Below are positions 6,763 to 16,865 of a stretch of 17,897 bases of DNA, one piece after another. A program made the translations under genes and the position numbers. The notes beneath the pieces are model-generated. The model was not told where the DNA came from and did not search any database. It saw only the letters and a list, made by a program, of their open reading frames with translations. Source of the stretch: Myxococcota bacterium (GTDB lineage: Bacteria > Myxococcota_A > Polyangia > Polyangiales > Sandaracinaceae). Position 1 is the stretch's first letter, and the number at the start of each line of letters is the position of its first letter. The stretch is taken from positions 1 to 17,897 of the forward strand of contig JAYZQJ010000071.1 in NCBI GenBank assembly GCA_036149055.1, written 5' to 3'.

Positions 6763-9369
6763 ATGAACGAGCGGGACCGAGAGGCGCGGCGGGAGCGAGT
6801 GCGAGACTGGCTCGCGTCGCTCGAGGAGCACGCGCGGGCCGAAGGCGACGAGGCGACCCGCGATCTGCTGTCGCAGCTGGAGCGCCGCGCGGCGAGCCTC
6901 GGGATCCCGCCCTCTCCCGTCGACGGGCCGCCCTTCGTCAACACCTTGCCCTACCCGGACGGCTACCCCGGCGACCTCGAGCTCGAAGAGCGGGTCGAGG
7001 CCTTCGTCCGCTGGAACGCCATGGCCCTGGTGGCCCGGTCCAACCGCGCGACCCCGGGGATCGGCGGGCACATCGGCAGCTACGCCTCCGCGGCGACCGC
7101 GATCGAGGTCCTGCTGACGCACTTCGTGCGGGGCCACGCGCACCCCGAGGGCCCCGACCGGCTCTTCCTCCAGGGTCACGCCTCCCCCGGTATCTACGCC
7201 CGCGCGTTCCTGGAGGGGCGCCTCGACGCGAGCCAGCTCGATCGGTTCCGACGCGAGACGGCGGGCGGCGGGCTCAGCTCCTACCCGCATCCGTGGCTGA
7301 TGCCCGACTTCTGGGAGACACCGACCGTGTCGATGGGGCTCGCGCCCATCCTCGCCATCTATCAGGCCCGCTTCGATCGATACCTGGTGCAGCGAGGGCT
7401 ACGTGAGCAGGCGCCGCACACCTGGGCGGTGCTCGGCGACGGTGAGATGGACGAGCCGGAGTCGCTGGGCGCGCTGCGGTTCGCGGCGGGCCTCGGCCAC
7501 CTGACCTTCGTGATCGACGGCAACCTGCAGCGCCTCGACGGCCCGGTCCGGGGCGGCGGCCGCGCGCTGAGCGAGCTGGCGCGGCTCTTCGAAGGCGCCG
7601 GCTGGCGGGTGCTGCAGGTCCTCTGGAACGGCGCTGTCTGCGCGCTGCTGGAGGCGGACCGCGACGGGCTCGTGGCCGCCCGGATCGACGCGACCGAGGA
7701 CGCCACGTGGCAACGACTCGCGGCCGAGGGCGAGGAGGCGCTGCGCGCGCACCTGGTCGGCGACGACCCGCACCTCCGGGAGGTGGCGAAGACGCTCGGC
7801 CCCTTCGACCGCGGCGGGCACGATCGACGGGCGCTCCACGCCGCGCTCGCCGCCGCCCGGGACAGCGACCGCCCCACGGTGGTCCTCGCCCACACGGTGA
7901 AGGGTCGCGGGCTCGGCGAGGCGGGCGAGGCGCAGAACGTCGCTCACAAGACCAAGGACCTGGAGGGCGACGCGCTGCGCGCGTTCCGGGATCGCCTCGG
8001 CGTCCCGGTGAGCGACGAGGCGCTCGACGACCTCCCGCTCCTCGAAGCCGACGACGCGATGCGCGCGCATCTCGAGGCGCGGCGCGAGGCGCTGGGCGGG
8101 CCGCGGCCTCGGCGCGTGACGGTGCCGAGCGACCTCGAGGTCGACCCGACGCTCTTCGAGCGCTTCGAGGGGGGCTCGGAGCGCGAGGTGACCACGACCG
8201 CGTGGCTGGTGCGACTCCTGGGCGCCCTCCTGAAGGACGACTCGCTCGGCCCGCGGCTCGTGCCGATCGTGCCCGACGAGGCCCGGACGTTCGGCATGGA
8301 GGCGCTCTTCCCGCGCATCGGCGTGCACGTCGCCGAAGGCGAGGCGTTCGAGCCGGTCGACGCCGGCTCGCTGGTCTCGTACGACGCGCGCGAAGACGGT
8401 CAGCTCCTCGAGGAGGGCATCACCGAGGCCGGCGCGATGGGCTCGTTCGTCGCCGCGGGGACGGGGCACGCCAACGGCGGCCCGGTCACGCTGCCCTTCT
8501 TCTTCTTCTACTCGATGTTCGGCTTCCAGCGGGTCGGCGACCTCATCTGGGCGGCCGGCGACGCGCGGGCGCGCGGCTTCCTCATCGGCGCGACCAGCGG
8601 GCGCACCACCCTGAACGGCGAGGGGCTGCAGCATCAGGACGGGCACAGCCACCTGACGGGCCACGCCTACCCGACGGTGCGGCCCTACGACGTCGCCTAC
8701 GGCTACGAGCTCGCCGCGATCGTGCGGGACGGAATGCGGCGAATGCTCGAGGACGACGAGGACGTGATCGTCTACCTGACGGTGGCCAACGAGCCCTACC
8801 CGATGCCCCCGATGCCTGCGGGCGCGCGCGACGGGATCGTGCGCGGCCTGCACCGCGTCCGTGAGGCGGAGCGGCCGCAGGTCAGCTTGCTCGGATGCGG
8901 CCCCTTGCTGCGCGCGGCGCGCGACGCGGCCGAGCGGCTGGAGGCCGACTACGGAGTGGCGGCGGAGGTCTGGAGCGTCACCAGCTTCACGCTCCTCCAC
9001 CGCGACTGCTGCCGCGTCGAGCGCTGGAACCGGCTGCACCCGATGGAGGAGCCCGTGACGCCGTTCCTCCGCGAGGCCCTGGGCGAGGCGCGCCGCCCGT
9101 TCGTCGCCGTGACCGACTGGGTGAAGGCGCTGCCTCAGACGCTGGCCCGCTGGCTCCCCGGCCCGCTGCACGCGCTCGGCACGGACGGCTTCGGCCGGAG
9201 CGACACCCGGGAGGCGCTTCGTCGCCACTTCGAGGTGGACGCGGACCACACGGTCATCGCCGCCCTCGCCGCGCTGGCCGACGAAGGCGTCGTCGCCCGA
9301 CGCGTGGTGCAGGACGCCATCGAGGCCGCGAGCGTCGACCCCGAGGCGGAGACCCCGCTCCGCCGGTGA
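6763..9369 (+). CDS. aceE: Pyruvate dehydrogenase E1 component, homodimeric type
   Basis: 868 aa; [40 protein letters not shown], ThDP motif [52 protein letters not shown]. Confidence 0.96.
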   Translation: MNERDREARRERVRDWLASLEEHARAEGDEATRDLLSQLERRAASLGIPPSPVDGPPFVNTLPYPDGYPGDLELEERVEAFVRWNAMALVARSNRATPGIGGHIGSYASAATAIEVLLTHFVRGHAHPEGPDRLFLQGHASPGIYARAFLEGRLDASQLDRFRRETAGGGLSSYPHPWLMPDFWETPTVSMGLAPILAIYQARFDRYLVQRGLREQAPHTWAVLGDGEMDEPESLGALRFAAGLGHLTFVIDGNLQRLDGPVRGGGRALSELARLFEGAGWRVLQVLWNGAVCALLEADRDGLVAARIDATEDATWQRLAAEGEEALRAHLVGDDPHLREVAKTLGPFDRGGHDRRALHAALAAARDSDRPTVVLAHTVKGRGLGEAGEAQNVAHKTKDLEGDALRAFRDRLGVPVSDEALDDLPLLEADDAMRAHLEARREALGGPRPRRVTVPSDLEVDPTLFERFEGGSEREVTTTAWLVRLLGALLKDDSLGPRLVPIVPDEARTFGMEALFPRIGVHVAEGEAFEPVDAGSLVSYDAREDGQLLEEGITEAGAMGSFVAAGTGHANGGPVTLPFFFFYSMFGFQRVGDLIWAAGDARARGFLIGATSGRTTLNGEGLQHQDGHSHLTGHAYPTVRPYDVAYGYELAAIVRDGMRRMLEDDEDVIVYLTVANEPYPMPPMPAGARDGIVRGLHRVREAERPQVSLLGCGPLLRAARDAAERLEADYGVAAEVWSVTSFTLLHRDCCRVERWNRLHPMEEPVTPFLREALGEARRPFVAVTDWVKALPQTLARWLPGPLHALGTDGFGRSDTREALRRHFEVDADHTVIAALAALADEGVVARRVVQDAIEAASVDPEAETPLRR

Positions 9370-9382
9370 GAGAGGATCCACG

Positions 9383-10924
9383 ATGAAGATGAAGCTCCCC
9401 GAGCTCGGAGAGGACAAGGCCAAGGGCGTGGTGCTCGCCGTCCTCGTGTCCGAGGGCGACGCGATCGAGGAGGGCCAACCGGTCCTCGAGCTCGAGACGG
9501 ACAAGGCCACCACCGAGGTCCCGGCGTCGCACACCGGGGAGGTCGAGCGCGTGCTGGTGGCGAAGGGAGACGAGATCGGCGCGGGAGAGGTGATCCTGGA
9601 GCTGAAGGACGCGGGGTCGGCTTCGGAGTCGGGCTCGGAGTCGGAGTCGGAGTCGGATTCGGAGTCGGAGTCGGAGTCGGAGTCGGATTCGGAGTCGGAG
9701 TCGGAGTCGGAGGCGGAGGCGGAGTCGGATTCGGAGTCGGACTCGGATTCGGGCTCGGATTCGGGCTCGGATTCGGGCTCGGATTCGGACTCGGATTCGG
9801 CTTCGGATTCGGAGCCGGATTCGGACGCGGACTCGGGCTCGGGCTCGGATTCGGGCTCGGGCTCGGGCTCGGATTCGGGCTCGGATTCGGATTCGGGCTC
9901 GGATTCGGATTCGGAGTCGGGCTCGCACGCGGGCTCGGGCTCCAGAACGCGCGGGCAGGGGCACGGGCAGGGGCACGGGCACGGGGGTGGGCGGGGCGTT
10001 CGTGGTGGGCGGGGCGTTCGTGGTGGGCGGGGCGTTCGTGTTGCCTCCCCCAAGGTGAGGCGCTTGGCGCGGGAGCTGGGGATCGACGATCCGAGCGCGA
10101 TCGCCGCGACCGGTGAGGGCGGACGGATCACCGAGGACGACGTGAAGAGCCACGTCCGTCGCCTGATCGAGCGCGTGAGCGAAGAGCCGCAGGAAGACCA
10201 AGACGGCCCGCCGCCGCTGCCGGACTTCGAGGCCTGGGGCGGGGCGGAGCGGGAGAGCCTGAGCCGCGTGCGAGCGCGCACCGCCGAGAACGTCGCGAGG
10301 TCCTGGCGTCAGGTGGCGCAGGTCAGCCAGGGTGACGTCGCGGACGTGACCGAGGTCGAGCGGCGACTCACGGCGCGGGCCGAGGAGCGCGGCGCGCCGC
10401 TGACCCTCACCGCGCTGCTCGCCGCGCTCACCGCCCGGGCGCTCGCTCGATTCCCTCGCCTCAACGCCGCGTTCGACGCCCGGGAGGGCGCGCTGCAGCT
10501 GCGCCGCGAGGTGCACCTGGGGATGGCGGTCGACACCGACGCGGGGCTGCTCGTCCCGGTGATCCGCCGGCCGGCCCAGCTCGGCCTCGAGGCGCTGGCG
10601 GAGGAGATCGCGCGCCTGGCCGAGGCCGCGCGCGAGGGCTCCCTGCGAGCCGACGACATGGCCGGGGCCAGCTTCACGATCACCAACCTCGGCGGGCTGG
10701 GCACCACGTGGTTCACGCCGATCGTCCCCTGGCCGCAGGTCGCCATCCTCGGCGTGGGCCGCGCGCACGACGCGCCGCGCTTGCGGGACGGGGCCTGGGA
10801 GGCGCGCCGCCAGCTGCCGCTCTCACTGAGCTACGACCATCGCGCGGTGGACGGCGCCGACGCCGCGCGCTTCCTCCGCTGGATCGCGCGAGCGCTCGAG
10901 GACCCGCTCACGCTCCTCGATTGA
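9383..10924 (+). CDS. aceF: Dihydrolipoamide acetyltransferase (PDH E2), single lipoyl domain, long low-complexity linker
   Basis: 513 aa; lipoyl motif LETDKA, subunit-binding domain [36 protein letters not shown], catalytic [22 protein letters not shown]; follows aceE. Confidence 0.93.
   Translation: MKMKLPELGEDKAKGVVLAVLVSEGDAIEEGQPVLELETDKATTEVPASHTGEVERVLVAKGDEIGAGEVILELKDAGSASESGSESESESDSESESESESDSESESESEAEAESDSESDSDSGSDSGSDSGSDSDSDSASDSEPDSDADSGSGSDSGSGSGSDSGSDSDSGSDSDSESGSHAGSGSRTRGQGHGQGHGHGGGRGVRGGRGVRGGRGVRVASPKVRRLARELGIDDPSAIAATGEGGRITEDDVKSHVRRLIERVSEEPQEDQDGPPPLPDFEAWGGAERESLSRVRARTAENVARSWRQVAQVSQGDVADVTEVERRLTARAEERGAPLTLTALLAALTARALARFPRLNAAFDAREGALQLRREVHLGMAVDTDAGLLVPVIRRPAQLGLEALAEEIARLAEAAREGSLRADDMAGASFTITNLGGLGTTWFTPIVPWPQVAILGVGRAHDAPRLRDGAWEARRQLPLSLSYDHRAVDGADAARFLRWIARALEDPLTLLD
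9617..9943 (+). repeat. Intragenic hexamer microsatellite (TCGGAG/TCGGAT/TCGGGC) encoding Ser-Glu/Ser-Asp/Ser-Gly
   Basis: About 54 in-frame TCGGNN-type units with few interruptions inside aceF. Confidence 0.95.
9953..10039 (+). repeat. GGGCA(G/C) x5 followed by perfect 18-bp GGTGGGCGGGGCGTTCGT x3
   Basis: Encodes [11 protein letters not shown] then (GGRGVR)3 at 9986-10039. Confidence 0.93.
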
Positions 10925-10952
10925 GCGCCGCGATCTGTTCTACCCTCGCCGC

Positions 10953-12536
10953 ATGGGGGAAGCGACCGAGGCGGAGGCGCTCGATCTGGCGCGCCTGTTC
11001 ACCATGTCGCTCGACATGATCTGTCTGGCCGGCACGGACGGATACTTCAAGCGCGTGAACCCGGCCTTCATCGAGACCCTCGGCTACTCCGAGGCGGAGC
11101 TGCTGCGCCAGCCGTTCCTGGATCTCGTCCACCCCGACGACCTCCAGGCGACGCTCGCGGAGGTGGAGCGCCTCGGGCGCGGCGAGCCGACCATCCACTT
11201 CGAGAACCGCTACGCCCGCAAGGACGGCTCCTGGTGCTGGATGGCCTGGCGCGCGAGCGCCGACCCCGACACCGGCCTCATCTACGCGGTCGCGCGCGAC
11301 GTGACGTCGCAGAAGAACGCGGCCCTCGCGCTGGCCGCCCGCGAGGCCCAGCTCGCCGCGACCATCGAGAGCGTCTCGGACGGGCTGCTGTCGCTGAACG
11401 CCGACGGCCGCGTCGAGCGCGCGAACCTGGGGGCCGGGGAGATCTTCGGCCGGCCCGCTCCGGACCTGCTCGGGGCCCGGCTCTCCGACCTGGTGCCCGA
11501 GCCCTACGCGAGCGAGCTGGCCGATCCGACCGCGCTCGCGGCGGACGCCCCGCGGCGCGAGATCACCGGCCTCCGCGCCGACGGCGAGACCTTCCCGATG
11601 GAGATCACCTTCGCCCCGATCGCGCTGCCGGACCGCGCCGGCTCGCTCGCCGTGGTGCGGGACATCACCGCCCGACGGGAGGCGGCGATCGAGCGGCGGG
11701 AGCTGCTGGCGCGCATGGCCCACGAGCAGGGGCGCGCCGAGACCGTGAGCGGTCTGCTCCACGACCTGGGGAACGCGCTCACCGGGGTCATCGCGCAGGC
11801 GGCGGAGGCCCAGAACCGCGTGAACGGAAGCAAAGTGGTCTCGCGCCTCCAGAAGACCTCGGAGCTGCTCGAGCGGGAGCAGGACCGGCTCGCCGGGGCG
11901 CTGGGCGAGGAGCGCGCGGCGGCGCTGCGGGAGCTGATCCGCGGCATGTCCGAAGACCTGGCGGACGAGCACGCGCTCGCGACCGGCGCGCTGGCCAAGG
12001 TGCTCGCGTTCACCCAGCACGCGCAGGAGGTCCTCCAGACCCACCGCGGCTACGCGGGGAGCGGCCCTCGGCGGGAGCGCGCGCGCCTCGACCGGGTGCT
12101 GGCCGACGCGCAGCTGATGATGAGCGACGCCTTCGCGCGGCGGCACGGGAGCCTCGCGGTCGAGCTCGCCGACGCCGAGGTCGAGGTGGAGGTCGAGGTC
12201 ACCAAGCTGATGCAGGTGCTGTTGAACCTGCTGAAGAACGCGGCCGAGGCGTTCGACGGAGATGGCACCGCGCCGGTGCCCCAGGTCGTCCTCGCCGCCG
12301 GACAGACCAACGGCGAGACGTGGATCGAGGTGCGCGACAACGGCGCGGGGCTCGACGCCGATCAGCTCGCGCGCGTGTTCGACGACGGCTTCACGACCAA
12401 GCCCCGGGGCTCGGGCGTCGGGCTCGGCGCCGCGCGGCGCGTGGTCGAGTCCACCGGCGGGAGCCTCGCGCTGACGAGCGAGGGGCCGGGGCGCGGGGCG
12501 GTGGCGCGGCTGTGCTGGAAGGGAATCGGGCGCTGA
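10953..12536 (+). CDS. Cytoplasmic PAS-PAS sensor histidine kinase
   Basis: 527 aa; two PAS domains (VNPAF..LGYS..VHPDD; GLRADGETFPMEI), H-box LLHDLGNALT, N-box QVLLNLLKNAAEA, DNGAG, FTTKPRGSGVGL; no TM segment. Confidence 0.92.
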   Translation: MGEATEAEALDLARLFTMSLDMICLAGTDGYFKRVNPAFIETLGYSEAELLRQPFLDLVHPDDLQATLAEVERLGRGEPTIHFENRYARKDGSWCWMAWRASADPDTGLIYAVARDVTSQKNAALALAAREAQLAATIESVSDGLLSLNADGRVERANLGAGEIFGRPAPDLLGARLSDLVPEPYASELADPTALAADAPRREITGLRADGETFPMEITFAPIALPDRAGSLAVVRDITARREAAIERRELLARMAHEQGRAETVSGLLHDLGNALTGVIAQAAEAQNRVNGSKVVSRLQKTSELLEREQDRLAGALGEERAAALRELIRGMSEDLADEHALATGALAKVLAFTQHAQEVLQTHRGYAGSGPRRERARLDRVLADAQLMMSDAFARRHGSLAVELADAEVEVEVEVTKLMQVLLNLLKNAAEAFDGDGTAPVPQVVLAAGQTNGETWIEVRDNGAGLDADQLARVFDDGFTTKPRGSGVGLGAARRVVESTGGSLALTSEGPGRGAVARLCWKGIGR

Positions 12537-14080
12537 TGCGAACGCTCAACACACGGATCCTGATCATCGATGACGAGGAGGCCGTCCGGGAGAGCTTCCG
12601 GGACGTGCTCGCGCCGCGGGCGCGGAACGACGTGGCCGGCGCGGCGGCGCGGCTGCTCCTGGGGGAGACCGAGGCCCCGCCGGCGACCGAGCTCGCCTTC
12701 GAGGTGGATCTCGCCGAGTCGGGTCGGCGCGGGCTCGAGCGCGTGCGCGAGGCCCAGCGCGAGGGCCGGCCCTACGCCGCCATCTTCTGCGACATGCGCA
12801 TGCCGGGCTGGGACGGCCTGGAGACCGTGCAGCGCATCCGCGAGCTCGACGAGAAGGCGGAGGTCGTGTTCGTCACCGCCTACAGCGATCACAGCATCGA
12901 CACGATCGCCGCGCGGGTGGGCGAGAACGTGGGCTACTTCGTCAAGCCGTTCGCCAACGAGGAGGTGCGTCAGCTCGCGAGCAAGCTGGTCCACGACTGG
13001 AACAAGGCGCGCGAGCTCGAGGCGCTCATCAAGATCGTCACCGCGATCCACGGCAGCCGCGAGGACATGGACCGGCTGCTGCACCACCTGCTCGAGCAGG
13101 TCTGCGTCTGGCTCGAGACCGACAGCGCGGCGATCTTCACGTATGACGAGGACGCGCAGGCGCCGCGGTTCCACCTCGGGGTGGGCGCGCTGCAGGACGG
13201 CGACGCCGCGACCCGCGCGCTCGCGACGGTCGAGGGCTCGGTCCTCCAGACGGGCGAGATCACCTTCCAGGAGAACCTGCGGGTGTTCCCGCTCTCGCGG
13301 CACGGGGTGGCGATGGCCTTCTCGGGGCGGCGGCCGGTCACGCCGGACCGCGTCGCGCTCCTGAGCGTCTTCCTCCAGCACGTCGGCCTGGCGGTCGAGC
13401 ACTCGAAGATGCGCGAGCGCATGGTGCGCAGCATGCGGCTCGCGAGCGTCGGGCAGGCGGTCGGCTTCCTCCTCCACGACGTGCGCGGCCCGATCGGGCT
13501 CGCGCAGATGTACGCGCGGCTCCTGTCGCGCGACGAGCTGGCCGACCGCGAGCACGTGCAGAAGATCGAGCACTACACGCAGCGCGCGATCGACATGCTC
13601 TCCGACACCCTCGCCCTCTGCCGCGGCCAGATGTCGATCGACGCGCGGCCGATGGACGTGAAGGCGGCCCTCGCCGAGGCCAGCCTCTGGCGGGAGGAGC
13701 TGCGGCGCCGAAAGGTCACGCTCGAGGAGCAGGTGCCCGAGGGCCTCCGGGCCACGCTCGACCCTGCCAAGCTCGAGCGCGCGCTGTGGAACCTGGTGAA
13801 GAACGCGGCCGAGGCCTGCGCGAGCGAACCCTCGCCGACGGTGCGGGTCCGGGCCGAGGCCGCGGGCGAGCGCGTACGGATCGTGGTCGAGGACAACGGC
13901 CCGGGGCCCAGCGAGGCGCTCTCCGACTCCATCTTCGAGGTGATGGTGACCGACAAGGAGAGCGGCTCCGGCTTCGGCCTCGCGATCGTGCAGCAGATCG
14001 TCGACGCCCACGGCGGCGAGGTGCGCTTCGAGCGCGACGACGGCTGGTCCCGCTTCGTCGTCTCGCTGCCCGCCGGCTAG
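12536..14080 (+). CDS. Hybrid receiver-GAF-like-histidine kinase
   Basis: 514 aa from ATG 12536 (TGATG overlap); REC (ILIIDDE, CDMRMPGWDG, VTAYS, VKPF), GAF-like segment, LLHDVRGPI, NLVKNAAEA, EDNGPG, GSGFGL. Confidence 0.92.
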   Translation: MRTLNTRILIIDDEEAVRESFRDVLAPRARNDVAGAAARLLLGETEAPPATELAFEVDLAESGRRGLERVREAQREGRPYAAIFCDMRMPGWDGLETVQRIRELDEKAEVVFVTAYSDHSIDTIAARVGENVGYFVKPFANEEVRQLASKLVHDWNKARELEALIKIVTAIHGSREDMDRLLHHLLEQVCVWLETDSAAIFTYDEDAQAPRFHLGVGALQDGDAATRALATVEGSVLQTGEITFQENLRVFPLSRHGVAMAFSGRRPVTPDRVALLSVFLQHVGLAVEHSKMRERMVRSMRLASVGQAVGFLLHDVRGPIGLAQMYARLLSRDELADREHVQKIEHYTQRAIDMLSDTLALCRGQMSIDARPMDVKAALAEASLWREELRRRKVTLEEQVPEGLRATLDPAKLERALWNLVKNAAEACASEPSPTVRVRAEAAGERVRIVVEDNGPGPSEALSDSIFEVMVTDKESGSGFGLAIVQQIVDAHGGEVRFERDDGWSRFVVSLPAG

Positions 14081-15981
14081 ATCCGGTCGCGCACCTCGGG
14101 AATCCGCCCGCCGGCGCGGATCATCGCGAGCTCCCGCGCGCTGAGATCGGAGCGCGCCTCGAGCTCACCCTTGCCGCGGACCTTCACGGTGACCCGGCCG
14201 GAGTCCAGCTCCGAGAGATCCTCGATCACGAGGACGTCGTCCGGCTCGATCTCCACGTCGCCGGCGTGGGTCAGCGGAAGCACCCCGTAGTTGACGAGGT
14301 TGTTCCGGTGGATGCGCGCGAAGCTCCGCGCGAGCACCAGGCGGAGCCCCAGGTAGCGGGGCGCGAGCGCGGCGTGCTCCCGGCTCGATCCCTGCCCGTA
14401 GTTCTCTCCGCCGACGAGCGCGTGGCCGCCCGACGCCGCCTTCGCGCGCTCGGGGTACCGCGCGTCGACCACGCCGAAGCAGAACTCGGCGATCTTCGGG
14501 ATGTTGCTCCGGTACGGCAGCACCTCCGAGCCGGCCGGCATGATCTCGTCGGTGCTGACGTCGTCGCCGACCACGAGCAGCGCGGGGAGCTCGAGCCGAT
14601 CGGGCAGCGGGTCGAGCTCGGGCAAGCTGACGATGTTCGGCCCCTTGTTCAGCGCCACGTCGCCGCCGTCCTCGGGCGGCGCCTCCACGCGGGTCGGCTC
14701 GGCCTCGGGCTCCGCCGGCACCTCCGGCATCTCGCCGAGGGTGCGGGGGTCGGTGATCTCGCCCTTCAGCGCCGACGCGATCGCGGTCTCGGGGCTGCAG
14801 AGCCACACGCTGTCTTCCCGGGTGCCGCTCCGCCCGGGGAAGTTGCGCGGCGTCGTGCGCAGGCTGTTGCGTCCGGTCGCCGGCGCCTGGCCCATGCCGA
14901 TGCAGCCGTTGCAGCCCGCCTGGTGGATGCGGCCGCCGCCGCGCACGAGCTCGGTCAGGAGCCCCGCCTCGAGCAGCTGGTCGAGCAGCTGTCGCGACGT
15001 CGGGTTCACGTCGAAGCTGACCTCGGGGTGGACCTCCTTCCCGCGCAGGGCGAGCGCGCAGATCGCGAAGTCGCGGAAGCCCGGGTTGGCCGAGCTGCCC
15101 ACGTACGCCTGATAGATCGGCTCGCCGACGACGTCCGCGACGGGCACCACGTCGCCCGGGCTCGAGGGCCGGGCGATGAGAGGCTCCAGGCGCGCGAGAT
15201 CGATCTCCTCTTCCACGTCGTAGGTGGCGCCGGGGTCGGCCTCGAGCGAGCGCCAGGCGTCCCCGCGCCCCTGCGCGGCGAGGTAGCGCTTCGTCTCGTC
15301 GTCGCTCGGGAACACCGTGCTCGTCGCGCCCAGCTCGGTCCCCATGTTCGCGATGACGTGCCGGTCCATCGCGGTCAGGCTCGCCAGCCCGGGGCCGCGG
15401 TACTCGATGACCCGACCGACGCCGCCGCTGACGCCGTGCCTGCGAAGCATCTCGAGGATCACGTCCTTGGCGCTGACCCACGGGGGGAGCGCGCCGGTGA
15501 GCCGCACGCCCCAGACCTCGGGCATGCGGAGCGCGTAGGGCTCGCCGGCCATCGCGAGCGCGACGTCGAGGCCGCCGGCGCCCATCGCGAGCATGCCGAG
15601 CGAGCCCGCGGCCGGCGTGTGGGAGTCCGACCCGAGCAGCGTCTTGCCGGGCACGCCGAAGCGCTGCATGTGGACCGGGTGGCTGACCCCGCCGCCGGCG
15701 CGGCTGAAGTGGATGCCCCAGCGCCGACACGCGCTGCGCAGGAAGAGGTGATCGTCCGGGTTCTTGTGATCGGACTGGATCAGGTTGTGGTCGACGTACT
15801 GCGCCGACAGCTCGGTCTTCACCCGGTCGAGCCCGAGCGCCTCGAGCTCGAGCATCACCAGCGTGCCCGTCGCGTCCTGGGTGAGCGTCTGGTCGATGCG
15901 GAGCGCGATCTCCTCGCCGGGGGACATCTCCCCGTCCTCGAGGTGCGCGGCGATGAGCTTGCGGGTGACGTTGTCGGGCAT
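14077..15981 (-). CDS. Aconitate hydratase, short (about 634 aa) Aquifex-type putative aconitase
   Basis: ATG 15981 (MPDNVTRKLI); DQTLTQDATGT, YVDHN, GSDSHT, GCNGCIGMG, RNFPGRSG, STDEIMP, NYGQGSSREHAA, SFARIHRNNL; convergent 4-bp overlap with the kinase. Confidence 0.92.
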   Translation of the reverse strand: MPDNVTRKLIAAHLEDGEMSPGEEIALRIDQTLTQDATGTLVMLELEALGLDRVKTELSAQYVDHNLIQSDHKNPDDHLFLRSACRRWGIHFSRAGGGVSHPVHMQRFGVPGKTLLGSDSHTPAAGSLGMLAMGAGGLDVALAMAGEPYALRMPEVWGVRLTGALPPWVSAKDVILEMLRRHGVSGGVGRVIEYRGPGLASLTAMDRHVIANMGTELGATSTVFPSDDETKRYLAAQGRGDAWRSLEADPGATYDVEEEIDLARLEPLIARPSSPGDVVPVADVVGEPIYQAYVGSSANPGFRDFAICALALRGKEVHPEVSFDVNPTSRQLLDQLLEAGLLTELVRGGGRIHQAGCNGCIGMGQAPATGRNSLRTTPRNFPGRSGTREDSVWLCSPETAIASALKGEITDPRTLGEMPEVPAEPEAEPTRVEAPPEDGGDVALNKGPNIVSLPELDPLPDRLELPALLVVGDDVSTDEIMPAGSEVLPYRSNIPKIAEFCFGVVDARYPERAKAASGGHALVGGENYGQGSSREHAALAPRYLGLRLVLARSFARIHRNNLVNYGVLPLTHAGDVEIEPDDVLVIEDLSELDSGRVTVKVRGKGELEARSDLSARELAMIRAGGRIPEVRDRI

Positions 15982-16176
15982 GCGCCCGAGGTAGACGCGA
16001 CCCCGGTCACGTACCACCGACGCCGCGACGCGTGGCCCGTGTGACACGCGGGGCGGCGCCTACGTCGGGACGCCGCCGACAATTCCCTCGTCGCCAGCCG
16101 GTCGTGATCATGGCGTTTTTGCCTGACACGCCGCCGCGGAGGCGAGACGGAACGCGGCCTGCTGAACGTCGTGGAC

Positions 16177-16851
16177 ATGACCCGCTCGCTCCTCCTCGCC
16201 GCCGCCCTGCTCACCCTGCCGACGCTCTCGACCGCCCACGCCCAAGACGCCCCCCGGGTGGTGGTCGTCGGCGACTCCCACGTCGAGCGGCTCGGGCCGA
16301 TGATCGCGCGGCGCGCGGAGGCCGCCGGGCTGGAGTCGGCGGGCTGGCTCTCGCGCCGCGGCTGGTCGACCCGGCGGTACGTGCGCGAGGGCGACCTCGC
16401 CGCCCGGCTCGAGGAGGCGGGCCGGCCGGAGATCGTGGTCGTGTCGCTCGGCGGCAACGATCGACCGCGCGACCTCGAGCGCTACCGGCGCGACCTCTCG
16501 TGGATCGTCGCCCAGGTCCGGGCGGCCGGCGGAGAGCGCATCCTGTGGCTCGGGCCGGCCGCGTCCGACGCCTCCCGCGGCCCGCGCGCGGAGGCGACCG
16601 GCCGGTGGCACGAGCGCAACGCGGACCTGCAAGCGGAGCTCGTGCCCGCGCTCGGGGTGACCTGGATCGACTCGCGGCCGGCGACCCACGAGGGGCACGG
16701 GCGCGACGGCATCCACTTCACCGGGCGCGGCTACGTCGGCTGGGCCGACCACGCGGCGCTCTTCCTGGACGAGAGCGCCCCCGTGACCGACGCGCTCGCG
16801 AGCCACCGGGCCTCCGGCGCGGCGGGGGCGGGGGCGCTGCCGCACGGTTGA
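16177..16851 (+). CDS. Secreted SGNH/GDSL-like hydrolase
   Basis: Signal peptide MTRSLLLAAALLTLPTLSTAHA; block I VGDSH, block III SLGGND, block V DGIHF. Confidence 0.85.
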   Translation: MTRSLLLAAALLTLPTLSTAHAQDAPRVVVVGDSHVERLGPMIARRAEAAGLESAGWLSRRGWSTRRYVREGDLAARLEEAGRPEIVVVSLGGNDRPRDLERYRRDLSWIVAQVRAAGGERILWLGPAASDASRGPRAEATGRWHERNADLQAELVPALGVTWIDSRPATHEGHGRDGIHFTGRGYVGWADHAALFLDESAPVTDALASHRASGAAGAGALPHG

Positions 16852-16865
16852 GGTACGCTCTGGCC

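Noticed and set aside
7399..10281. 960-aa antisense ORF with PC and SE/SD repeats
   Set aside because: Shadow of aceE/aceF in GC-rich DNA; repeats simply mirror the microsatellite; no domain signal.
11234..12535. N-terminal extension of the hybrid kinase (948 aa)
   Set aside because: Off-frame overlap with the PAS kinase; the REC domain starts at ATG 12536.
16105..16125. Sigma54-like TGGC..TTGC word between the aconitase and SGNH genes
   Set aside because: GG-to-GC spacing is far shorter than the -24/-12 geometry requires.
16032..16847. N-terminal extension of the ChaN ORF (552 aa)
   Set aside because: Off-frame overlap with the SGNH gene; the lipoprotein signal starts near 16866.
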